Of a DNA stretch of 43,432 bases, positions 18,996 to 27,080 are shown in pieces. The DNA is taken from contig JABUTE010000263.1 in the NCBI GenBank assembly GCA_021443825.1, forward strand, positions 1-43,432, given 5' to 3'. The translations under genes were made by a program, and so were the position numbers. Under the pieces are notes generated by a model. That model searched no databases and was not told where the DNA came from. It saw only the letters and a list, made by a program, of their open reading frames with translations. This DNA comes from Bacillota bacterium. Its GTDB lineage: Bacteria > Bacillota > Clostridia > Peptostreptococcales > Anaerovoracaceae. Each line of letters opens with the position of its first letter. The stretch's first letter is position 1.

Positions 18996-19676
18996 GTGCA
19001 CATGGTTACAGACAGCCTTATCAATATCAACGGCGAAAGCGTACAGACGCTGGAGATCCTGTTCATAACGACCCTCATCACCCTGCTGCCCTCTCTGCTG
19101 GTGATGATGAGCTCCTTTACCCGCTACATCATCTCGTTCTCCTTTCTGCGCTCGGCCATCGGAACCCAGCAGACCCCGCCCAACATCGTGCTGGTGGGAA
19201 TGGCGCTGTGCCTGACCTTGCTGACCATGGCGCCGGTGCTGGACGACATCCAGGTCAACGCCTACGAGCCCTATGCCGCAGAGCAGATCTCTCAGGAGGA
19301 ATTCATGAAACGGGCCGAAAAGCCCCTGAAGGAGTTCATGATCCGCAATACCAAGACCAGAACCCTGGAGCTGTATTGCGATCTGGCCAAGCTGGAGGTA
19401 GGCGATGAGATCGACGAAGCGGCCGCCATGCAGCTGCCCCTTCGGGTGCTGATCCCGTCCTTTGTTACCTGCGAGCTGCAGAGGGCCTTTCTCATAGGGC
19501 TGCTTTTGTATCTGCCCTTTATGCTCATCGATGTGGTGGTCTCCTCCACGCTGATGTCGATGGGTATGATCATGCTGCCCCCGTCGATGATCTCCATGCC
19601 CTTCAAGCTGCTGCTCTTTGTCAGCGTCAACGGCTGGGAGCTTCTGTTCTCAAGCCTTGTGCAGAGCTTTCATTGA
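18996..19676 (+). CDS. fliP: Flagellar export apparatus protein FliP
   Basis: …LLPSLLVMMSSFTRYIISFSFLRSAIGTQQTPPN… and …DVVVSSTLMSMGMIMLPP are conserved FliP motifs. The start is GTG 18996 or ATG 19002. Confidence 0.95.
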   Translation: MHMVTDSLININGESVQTLEILFITTLITLLPSLLVMMSSFTRYIISFSFLRSAIGTQQTPPNIVLVGMALCLTLLTMAPVLDDIQVNAYEPYAAEQISQEEFMKRAEKPLKEFMIRNTKTRTLELYCDLAKLEVGDEIDEAAAMQLPLRVLIPSFVTCELQRAFLIGLLLYLPFMLIDVVVSSTLMSMGMIMLPPSMISMPFKLLLFVSVNGWELLFSSLVQSFH

Positions 19677-19687
19677 GGAGGCATCCC

Positions 19688-19948
19688 ATGGAACTGACTT
19701 CCGTAACCGATATCCTAAGAGATGCCCTTCTGGTAGCCATCAAGCTTTCTGCCCCCATCCTGCTGCTCAGCATGGCGGTGGGCGTAATTATCGCCGTTTT
19801 GCAGGCGGTGACCCAGATCCACGAGCAGACCATCTCCTTTATTCTAAAACTGGTGGTGGTGGTGCTGGTGCTGGCACTGGGAGGCTCCTGGATGCTGCAG
19901 CTGCTGCAGGATTTCACCAAAGACATCTTTGCGCTGATCGCCTCTTAA
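19688..19948 (+). CDS. fliQ: Flagellar export apparatus protein FliQ
   Basis: 86 aa from ATG 19688, with GAGGAGG 7 nt upstream. …LLVAIKLSAPILLLSMAVGVIIAVLQAVTQIHEQTISFILKL is typical of FliQ. Confidence 0.93.
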   Translation: MELTSVTDILRDALLVAIKLSAPILLLSMAVGVIIAVLQAVTQIHEQTISFILKLVVVVLVLALGGSWMLQLLQDFTKDIFALIAS

Positions 19949-19960
19949 GAGGATGAACCA

Positions 19961-20725
19961 TTGACTACCTGGTCTGATTTTACTTTATTTCTCTATATCG
20001 AGGCCCGTATCAGCGGCTTTGTTCTCTTCAGCCCTCTGCTGGGCAGAAGAAATGTACCCGGCATCTTCCGGGGCGGACTGATCCTGGTACTTTCCGTGTT
20101 CGTCTATTCGCTGGAATCATCCACGGTGGCCGTGCCCTCTTCCATGGCGGTGCTGGCTGTCCGGATGCTGGCGGAGCTGGCCCTGGGCTATGCCATGGGC
20201 ATGCTGGTCAATCTGTTCTTATATATTCCCCAGCTTGCCGGCAGCCTGATCGACACCCAGATGGGCATGAACATGAATCAGGTCTACGATGCCGCTTCTT
20301 CGGCCAACCTTTCCGTATCGGGGCAGCTGCTCAATGCTCTGATGCTGCTGCTGTTCTTTTCCGCAGGCGGCCACCATACCATGCTGCGCATCTTTCTCGA
20401 CAGCGGAAGGCTTCTGGGCTACGGCGCCGTTCATATCGGAAGCAATCTTGCCTCTCTTCTGCTCACCGTGTTTACGGAATGCACTCTGCTGGCGGTAAAG
20501 CTGGCGCTTCCCGTTCTGGCGGCCGAGCTGCTTGGCCAGGTGGGCATGGGCCTGCTGATGAAGGTGATCCCCCAGATCAACGTATTTTCCATCAACATCG
20601 AGCTTAAGATCCTCATCGGAATGGCTCTGCTGCTGCTTCTGCTCTCGCCCTTCAGCGAGGTGCTGCTCGACGCCGAAAAGACCATGCTCCAATACATGGA
20701 GAAGGTGCTGCAGGCGGCAGGCTGA
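19961..20725 (+). CDS. fliR: Flagellar export apparatus protein FliR
   Basis: 254 aa, polytopic, TTG start. Contains …AGSLIDTQMGMNMNQVYDA…, a FliR/SctT-type motif. Confidence 0.9.
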   Translation: MTTWSDFTLFLYIEARISGFVLFSPLLGRRNVPGIFRGGLILVLSVFVYSLESSTVAVPSSMAVLAVRMLAELALGYAMGMLVNLFLYIPQLAGSLIDTQMGMNMNQVYDAASSANLSVSGQLLNALMLLLFFSAGGHHTMLRIFLDSGRLLGYGAVHIGSNLASLLLTVFTECTLLAVKLALPVLAAELLGQVGMGLLMKVIPQINVFSINIELKILIGMALLLLLLSPFSEVLLDAEKTMLQYMEKVLQAAG

Positions 20726-20770
20726 TCCCTTTCAACGAAACCGCAAACGACCCTGTAAAAGGAAACCACC

Positions 20771-21829
20771 ATGGCAGACGGCTCCAAAACAGAAAAAGCG
20801 ACACCGAAACGGCGAAGAGACGAGCGAAAAAAGGGCCATACCTTTATGAGCCAGGATGTGGTCGCCATCGCATCTTTGTCGGGCGCCGTGTTCTGTCTGT
20901 TTATCATCGCCGGCTTTGCGACGGCTCAGCTGGGCAGCTACCTGACGGTCTGCATCGAAGGCTGCAGCACGCAGGAAACAGCGTCCGATCTGGTTCCCCT
21001 TTGGGCAAACCTGGCAGGGGTCACGCTGAAGATCGTGCTTCCCATCGCCCTGACCGGCATTCTGGCAGCGGTGACCGCCACCTTCTTTCAGACCCGGTTT
21101 CTCGTCAGCGGAGAGCTGATCAAGCCCAAGTTCAGCAGGATCAATCCCCTGGAGGGCTTTAAACGGCTCTTCTCCCTGCGCAGTCTGATCGAGGCCTTAA
21201 AGGGCTGTCTGAAGATCACCCTGTTCATGACCATCGTCTATCTGCGGCTCAAGGCGGAGTTCGCCAAAAGCGCCAGATATATGTATACCGATATTCCCGC
21301 CGGCGCGGCTGCCATCTTCAGCAGCGGCAAGGCCATGATCTTTACCATCATCCTGGCCTTTATCGCCGTCGCCGCCGCCGATGTGCTCTATCAGTGGTGG
21401 GAATACGAGCGAAGCCTGCGCATGAGCAAGCAGGAGATCAAAGAAGAATACAAGCAGACCGAGGGCGACCCCCAGATCAAGGGAAAGATCAAGGAAGCCC
21501 AGCGCCGCATCTCTCAGCGCCGCATGATCCAGCAGGTTCCGTCGGCCGATGTGGTCATCCGAAACCCGACCCATTTCGCCGTAGCCCTGCGCTACGATCC
21601 GGAAAAGGACAACGCTCCCATTCTGCTGGCAAAAGGGCAGGACGAGCTGGCTCTTCGCATCGTAAAGGTAGCCGAAGAAAACAAGGTCGCCGTGGTCGAG
21701 GATGTGCCCCTTGCCAGAGCCCTGTTCGCGCAGGGCCAGCTTGACCGGGAGATCCCCCAGGAGCTCTACAGCCAGGTGGCCGAGGTTCTGGTCTACGTAT
21801 TCAAACTGGAAAACCGTCAACTTGCATAA
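20771..21829 (+). CDS. flhB: Flagellar export switch protein FlhB
   Basis: MADGSKTEKATPKRRRDERKKG N-terminus, four TM segments, and the NPTH autocleavage site (VVIRNPTHFAVALRY). Confidence 0.96.
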   Translation: MADGSKTEKATPKRRRDERKKGHTFMSQDVVAIASLSGAVFCLFIIAGFATAQLGSYLTVCIEGCSTQETASDLVPLWANLAGVTLKIVLPIALTGILAAVTATFFQTRFLVSGELIKPKFSRINPLEGFKRLFSLRSLIEALKGCLKITLFMTIVYLRLKAEFAKSARYMYTDIPAGAAAIFSSGKAMIFTIILAFIAVAAADVLYQWWEYERSLRMSKQEIKEEYKQTEGDPQIKGKIKEAQRRISQRRMIQQVPSADVVIRNPTHFAVALRYDPEKDNAPILLAKGQDELALRIVKVAEENKVAVVEDVPLARALFAQGQLDREIPQELYSQVAEVLVYVFKLENRQLA

Positions 21830-21874
21830 TACAGATCCCATTCCGAATTTAAAAAGACAGGAGGTGAGAGGAAT

Positions 21875-23965
21875 ATGAAAAAAGCACTGCAGACCGTCAT
21901 GGACAATGCCATCGCTCTTGGCGTCGTCATCGTCGTTCTGTTCATGATCATTCCTCTTCCGTCCTATCTGCTGGACTTTTTCCTTATCGTCAACATCGGA
22001 CTTTCCATCGCCATCCTGATGATCACCATGAACATCACCGAGGCCCTGGAATTTTCCATATTCCCGTCCCTTTTGCTGGTGACCACCCTGTTCCGACTGG
22101 CGCTGAATGTTTCCAGCACCAAGCTGATCCTGGCCAACGGCTATGCCGGCGAGGTCGTTCAGAATTTCGGTCTTCTCATCACCGGCGGCAACATCGTCAT
22201 CGGTGTCGTCATCTTCCTGATCATCGTGCTGGTGCAGTTCATCGTCATCACCAAGGGCGCTGAACGTGTCGCAGAGGTCGCAGCCCGCTTTACCCTGGAC
22301 GCCATGCCCGGAAAGCAGATGGCCATCGATGCCGATCTCAGCTCCGGCCTGATCGACGAGCAGGAGGCCCGCAGACGCAGAGACAAGATCCAAAAGGAAG
22401 CCGATTTCTACGGCGCCATGGACGGTGCTACCAAGATCGTCAAGGGCGATGCCATCATGTCGCTGATCATCACCCTGATCAACTTCGTGGGCGGCGTGCT
22501 CATCGGCATGCTGATGAACGGCGGCGATTTCGCCTCTGTTCTGTCGAAGTATTCCATCGTCACCATCGGTGACGGCCTGGTATCCCAGCTGCCGGCTCTG
22601 ATGATCTCGACGGCAACGGGCATGATCGTTACCCGCTCCGTATCGGAGGGAAGCCTCAACCGGGATGTGATCGCCCAGTTCAAGGCCCAGCCCAGAGCCA
22701 TCATGACCACCGGCGTCATTCTGGTGGTGCTGGCCTGCGTGCCCAGAACGCCCCATGTCGCTCTCTTTCTGGCGGGCGGCGTGCTGCTGGGAGGCGGCTA
22801 TCTGATCAGCAAGAACATGGAAAAGGAGCGGGTTCTGGTGGCTTCCGAGCAGCCTGCGCCCACCGAGACCCAAAGCGAAGGCGACTTCTACAAGAATATC
22901 GACAACGTCTATTCCCTGCTGTCGGTAGAACCGATGGAGATGGAATTCGGCTACAGCCTGATCCCCCTGGTAGACGAAAGCCACGGAGGCAAGCTGATCA
23001 ACCGCATCGTCATCTTCCGCCGCCAGTTCGCGTCGGATATGGGCTTCGTATTCCCCTCCATCCGTCTCCACGACTCCTCTGCCGCCGGAACCAACCAGTA
23101 CATCATCCGCATCCGCGGCGAAGAGGTGGCCAGAGGCGAGATCCTGGTCGACTACTATCTGGCCCTGGAGCCGCCAAATCCGGCAGGCGAGATCAACGGC
23201 ATCGAGACGGTGGAACCGGCCTACGGCATTCCCTCCCGCTGGATCCTGCCCGAAGACAGAGAGCTGGCCGAGGTCTACGGCTATACGGTCATCGACCCTC
23301 TGTCGGTCATGCTCACCCATCTTTCCGAGGTCATCAAAAAGCACGCCCACGAGCTGCTTGACCGCTCCACCGCCATTCAGCTGGTAAACAACCTGAAGCA
23401 GACGGCCCCCGAGATCGTCGACGAACTGGTGCCCGGCACCGTATCCTATGCCAATCTGGAAAAGGTGCTCAAGAACCTGCTCAAAGAAGGCATTCCCATC
23501 CGCGATCTTGGTCTCATCATCGAAACGCTGGGCGACAGCCTGGCCCAGGGAAGAGACGTGGATGCCGCAACGGAGCAGATCCGCGGCGTTCTTTCCAGGA
23601 CCATCACCAGACGGTTCTGCGAAGACGGCCAGCTGAAGGTCGTTACTCTGGATGCCGAGCTGGAAAAGCGGATCATCGGTTCTCTTACCCGCAGCGACCA
23701 GGGCATCTTCCTGGAGCTGGGTCCCGAGCTGATGCAGCAGATCATCGCCCAGATGAGCGAAAACCTGAAGAAGTTCAGCGAGCTGTCAAGAACGCCTGTG
23801 CTGCTGGTAAGCCAGATCATCAGGCCCTATTTCAGCAGGCTTATCACCCAGTTTTATCCCGATGTATATGTGCTGGCCTTCAATGAGATCACCAATGCGG
23901 TGCAGATCCAGGCGATCGGTAATATCTCTGTTGCAGATGCCGGAGCAAAGGCGGTGAACCAATGA
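21875..23965 (+). CDS. flhA: Flagellar export gate protein FlhA
   Basis: 696 aa. Conserved FHIPEP region (…RFTLDAMPGKQMAIDADL…ADFYGAMDGATKIVKGDAI…) and a large cytoplasmic C-terminal domain. Confidence 0.97.
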   Translation: MKKALQTVMDNAIALGVVIVVLFMIIPLPSYLLDFFLIVNIGLSIAILMITMNITEALEFSIFPSLLLVTTLFRLALNVSSTKLILANGYAGEVVQNFGLLITGGNIVIGVVIFLIIVLVQFIVITKGAERVAEVAARFTLDAMPGKQMAIDADLSSGLIDEQEARRRRDKIQKEADFYGAMDGATKIVKGDAIMSLIITLINFVGGVLIGMLMNGGDFASVLSKYSIVTIGDGLVSQLPALMISTATGMIVTRSVSEGSLNRDVIAQFKAQPRAIMTTGVILVVLACVPRTPHVALFLAGGVLLGGGYLISKNMEKERVLVASEQPAPTETQSEGDFYKNIDNVYSLLSVEPMEMEFGYSLIPLVDESHGGKLINRIVIFRRQFASDMGFVFPSIRLHDSSAAGTNQYIIRIRGEEVARGEILVDYYLALEPPNPAGEINGIETVEPAYGIPSRWILPEDRELAEVYGYTVIDPLSVMLTHLSEVIKKHAHELLDRSTAIQLVNNLKQTAPEIVDELVPGTVSYANLEKVLKNLLKEGIPIRDLGLIIETLGDSLAQGRDVDAATEQIRGVLSRTITRRFCEDGQLKVVTLDAELEKRIIGSLTRSDQGIFLELGPELMQQIIAQMSENLKKFSELSRTPVLLVSQIIRPYFSRLITQFYPDVYVLAFNEITNAVQIQAIGNISVADAGAKAVNQ

Positions 23966-24765
23966 GCATTGAACCGCAGACCCCGAAAAGGGAATACACC
24001 GAGGCTGAGATTCTGGCCATGGAAACGGAAGAGCTGCTGGCGCTGTATAAGGCGACCGGCGATCCCGATCTGAAATGGCCCCTGGTGCTGCGCTACGAGG
24101 ATATGATCCGCCGGGTCGCTCTTCGGATCAACTCCGTCTACAGCAGCTTTGCCCAGATCGACGACATCGTAAACGAAGGCATCTTCACCCTGCTGGGCGC
24201 CATCGACAAGTACCAGCCCGAACGGGGCGTCAAATTCGAGACCTATGTTTCCAAGCGCATCCGCGGCATGGTCTTCGACCTGGCAAGAAAGCAGGACTGG
24301 ACGCCCCGCAACGTAAGGCAGAGAGCCTCCGAGATCGACCGGGCCGCCCAGGAGCTGACCGCAGCCCTGGGGCGCTACCCCACCGAAAGCGAAATGGTCG
24401 AAAAGCTGGAAACGACTCCCGGCCGTTACCAGAAGGATGTGGCAGACATCGCCATGAGCAACGTGCTGTCGCTTGATATGCTGCTGGATTCTCAGGCCGA
24501 TAACGATTACCGGGTCGAGGTTCCCAGCTCCGACATGAGCGTGCAGCCCGAAAGCGTGCTGCAGGCCAAAGATCTGCAGCAGACCCTGGCAGAGGCCATC
24601 GCCTCGCTGGGCAAGAACGAGCAGCTGGTGCTGTCGCTGTTTTACGAAAAGAATCTGAGCATGAAGGATATCGCCAAGGTGCTCGATCTCAGCAGCCCCC
24701 GGATCTCGCAGATCCACTCCCGGGCCATCGAAAAGCTTCGGGCCTATATGGAAAACAACGCTTGA
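23962..24765 (+). CDS. fliA: Flagellar sigma-28 factor (FliA/SigD family)
   Basis: 267 aa with region 2 (…DDIVNEGIFTLLGAIDKYQPERGVKFETYVSKRIRGMVFD), region 3 and region 4 (LSMKDIAKVLDLSSPRISQIHSRAIEKLR). ATGA overlap with flhA. Confidence 0.9.
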   Translation: MSIEPQTPKREYTEAEILAMETEELLALYKATGDPDLKWPLVLRYEDMIRRVALRINSVYSSFAQIDDIVNEGIFTLLGAIDKYQPERGVKFETYVSKRIRGMVFDLARKQDWTPRNVRQRASEIDRAAQELTAALGRYPTESEMVEKLETTPGRYQKDVADIAMSNVLSLDMLLDSQADNDYRVEVPSSDMSVQPESVLQAKDLQQTLAEAIASLGKNEQLVLSLFYEKNLSMKDIAKVLDLSSPRISQIHSRAIEKLRAYMENNA

Positions 24766-24783
24766 TACAGAAAGGAGCGTCTT

Positions 24784-25533
24784 ATGTACAAAGGCTTTTA
24801 CGGACTGGGCTCCGCCATGCTGACCCATCAGCGAAACCTCAATGTGATCGCAGACAACATCACCAATGTCTCGACCCAGGGCTATAAGCAGAAGCGCTAC
24901 GGCAGCACCACCTTCGGTGATGTGCTGATCAGCCGCTGGGATAAAGAAGACCCCAAGGGCACGCCCATCGGCCGGCAGAACTACATCCGCACCGAAAGCG
25001 AGATCAAGACCGATTTTACCCAGGGAAGCCCCGAGTACACCGGCCAGCCGCTGGATTTCGCTTTATACGGAGAAGGCTTCTTCGCCGTGCAGCTGACCGG
25101 CGGGTCTGTCGCCTATACACGCATGGGCAGCTTTTCGCTGGATGAGCAGGGCTATCTGTGCCTTCCCGGCTACGGAAGAGTGCTGAGCGATACCGCCCAG
25201 CCCCTGCAGGTCTTTACCGATAAGCTCTATGCCTCGCAGGACGGCACCGTCTGTGACGCAGACGGGCAGACGCTGGGCCGCATCGGCGTGTTCCGCTTTG
25301 ACGATCAGGCGGCGCTGGTCCATAACGATGACAACACCTTTACCGGCACCGGCGCACAGCAGACCGATAGCTGCCAGGTGATGAACAACTATCTGGAATC
25401 CTCCAATACCGATCTGGTAAGGACCATGACCGAGATGATCTCGGTGCAGCGCTCTTTGCAAAGCGCAGCCGAGCTGGCCAAGATGTACGACCAGATCATG
25501 ACCAAAGCAAGCACCGAAGTAGGACGCATCTAA
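24784..25533 (+). CDS. Flagellar basal-body rod protein, FlgF/FlgG family (FlhO-like)
   Basis: N-terminal LTHQRNLNVIADNITNVSTQGYK and C-terminal LESSNTDLVRTMTEMISVQRSLQSAAE. Confidence 0.85.
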   Translation: MYKGFYGLGSAMLTHQRNLNVIADNITNVSTQGYKQKRYGSTTFGDVLISRWDKEDPKGTPIGRQNYIRTESEIKTDFTQGSPEYTGQPLDFALYGEGFFAVQLTGGSVAYTRMGSFSLDEQGYLCLPGYGRVLSDTAQPLQVFTDKLYASQDGTVCDADGQTLGRIGVFRFDDQAALVHNDDNTFTGTGAQQTDSCQVMNNYLESSNTDLVRTMTEMISVQRSLQSAAELAKMYDQIMTKASTEVGRI

Positions 25534-25544
25534 GGAGGCCGCAC

Positions 25545-26237
25545 ATGAATCTTTCTTTTTATACCGGAGCCGTCGGCGCGCAGCAGCAGCAGAGCCGCAT
25601 GAATGTGCACGGCAACAACATCTCCAACGTAAACACCTACGGCTTTAAAGCCGAAAAGTCCCGGTTCCTGTCGGTCATGCTGGCCACCGATACCAGTCTG
25701 AAGGCAGGCGGCGGCGTCAACACCGGCTACCGCTACGACTACATGATCAACGGCGAGGGCTATTTTGCCCTGCTGGATCCGGCCGACGGCCAGGTCAGCT
25801 ATACCAGAAACGGTGCCTTCCAGGCAGCAGCCTTCCGCCCGGCGGGGGCAGCTGCAGACGCAGAAGACGTCATGTATCTCAGCGACGGCGAGGGCCGGCT
25901 GGTGCTGGATCAGGAGGGGGAGCTGATCCCCATTCCCCAGGCCGCAGGCGGCTCACAGGAAGATCCGGAGCAGGAGCTTCCCGTGGGCATCTTCGATTTC
26001 GTCAATAACAATGGCATGCAGCATCTGTCGGGCACCCGTTTTCTGCCGGTGCAAAAAAACGGAGGCATCACCGCCGGAACAGGCGAGCTGATCCGCGGCA
26101 TGCTGGAGCAGTCCAACGTCGATCTGGGCGAGGAATTCGCCAAGGTCATCGAGACCCAGAGAGCCTACAGCATGGCGCTTAAGATGGTCCAGACCAGCGA
26201 CGAGGTCGAAAACACCGTCATCAATCTCCGGTCATAA
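25545..26237 (+). CDS. flgG: Flagellar basal-body rod protein, FlgG family (FlhP-like)
   Basis: N-terminal RMNVHGNNISNVNTYGFK and C-terminal LEQSNVDLGEEFAKVIETQRAYSMALKMVQTSDE. Confidence 0.8.
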   Translation: MNLSFYTGAVGAQQQQSRMNVHGNNISNVNTYGFKAEKSRFLSVMLATDTSLKAGGGVNTGYRYDYMINGEGYFALLDPADGQVSYTRNGAFQAAAFRPAGAAADAEDVMYLSDGEGRLVLDQEGELIPIPQAAGGSQEDPEQELPVGIFDFVNNNGMQHLSGTRFLPVQKNGGITAGTGELIRGMLEQSNVDLGEEFAKVIETQRAYSMALKMVQTSDEVENTVINLRS

Positions 26238-26243
26238 AAAAAA

Positions 26244-26267
26244 GCCCTGTCCTTTTCCGGACAGGGC
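26244..26267. terminator. Bidirectional intrinsic terminator between the convergent rod gene and the ComFB-like gene
   Basis: GCCCTGTCC-TTTTCC-GGACAGGGC hairpin flanked by AAAAAAAA on one side and a T-rich run on the other. Confidence 0.75.
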
Positions 26268-26288
26268 ACATTCTGTTTCTCTGACGTT

Positions 26289-27020
26289 TTAATGGCGGGG
26301 ATTCTTTTTTACGATCTCGCAGGCCTTTACCAGCTGCGCGGTGATGCTGGCCGATACCTTGCCCTCGTAGACCGAGATCCGGGGGGCGGCGTCGCTTTGG
26401 TTGGTCACCACGTATTTGGGGATCAGGTTATTCAGAGCAATGGCCATGGCGTCGCAGCGGCAGCGTCTGCAGCAGCAGGCTCCCGAAAGCTGCAGAAACC
26501 GGTCCACGTTTTCGTCTACCAGGATCTGCATCACATTGATGATAGCCAGGTCATCATCGTTATCGCCGAAGAGCGGCACGGGCTGCGAAGCAGGAAGGTC
26601 TTCCGGCTTCAGGCCGCCGTCTGTCTGCTCTGCCTCCTGCGAAAGAGCGGCTGCGATGGCTTCGGCTGCTTCGTCTTGTGGCAGGCTGTTTTCATCGCCG
26701 GCGGCAGCTTCGGGCAGCGACTGCCCGGGTGCGACCTCATCCTGAAGGCTTTCCAGAAGGGCCTTGTTGATCAGCTCCGCCAGCGTTCTGTCGTCTCTGG
26801 AGGAGGCGATGATCGGCTGGCTCTGGCGAAGGGGATTTTTTTCCAGAGCCCGTTCGTCGCCGGAATTGGCCGTATGGGGAACCGGGATCTCGCTCTGGGT
26901 CCTGCTGAGCAGATTCATGACATTTGCCGTTTTGCGTGTCGTATTATTGATTTCCGAAGACACCTTAAGCTCCTTTTCTGATAAATCTGAGATTTTGTGC
27001 TTATTTAAATTATATTCCAT
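26289..27020 (-). CDS. ComFB-domain protein with a long acidic/disordered N-terminal region
   Basis: The C-terminal 90 aa carry the ComFB (PF10719-type) pattern: FLQLSGACCCRRCRCDAMAIALNNLIPKYVV…KVSASITAQLVKACEIVKKNP. The start is trimmed to ATG 27020 (MEYNLNKHK…) because the longer ORF runs into fliD. No clear SD, so the start is uncertain. Confidence 0.65.
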   Translation of the reverse strand: MEYNLNKHKISDLSEKELKVSSEINNTTRKTANVMNLLSRTQSEIPVPHTANSGDERALEKNPLRQSQPIIASSRDDRTLAELINKALLESLQDEVAPGQSLPEAAAGDENSLPQDEAAEAIAAALSQEAEQTDGGLKPEDLPASQPVPLFGDNDDDLAIINVMQILVDENVDRFLQLSGACCCRRCRCDAMAIALNNLIPKYVVTNQSDAAPRISVYEGKVSASITAQLVKACEIVKKNPRH

Positions 27021-27080
27021 GACGAAATATAAATAAAGATAAAAACAAGAAGACCGGGTTTTTCCGGCAAGGAGATACAC

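Noticed and set aside
21197-23350. 717-aa minus-strand ORF opposite flhB/flhA. Similar long antisense ORFs lie at 17093-18100, 11662-12873, 8579-9538, 23854-24828, 16156-17055 and 41759-42913.
   Set aside because: These are shadow ORFs typical of high-GC coding DNA. Their products are low-complexity (G/D/H/Q/A-rich) with no motifs and no SD. The plus strand in each case encodes an unmistakable flagellar or surface protein.
24496-24503. Perfect SigD -10 word GCCGATAA inside the sigma-28 coding region, about 280 nt upstream of the rod genes.
   Set aside because: No TAAA-like -35 at 15-16 nt spacing (the sequence there is TATG). A single 8-mer inside coding sequence is compatible with chance.
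26292-26981. 229-aa plus-strand ORF overlapping the ComFB-like gene.
   Set aside because: Its translation has no recognisable motif. The minus-strand frame carries the ComFB cysteine cluster and the LN…P-Y pattern, and the bidirectional terminator at 26244-26267 fits a convergent minus-strand gene.
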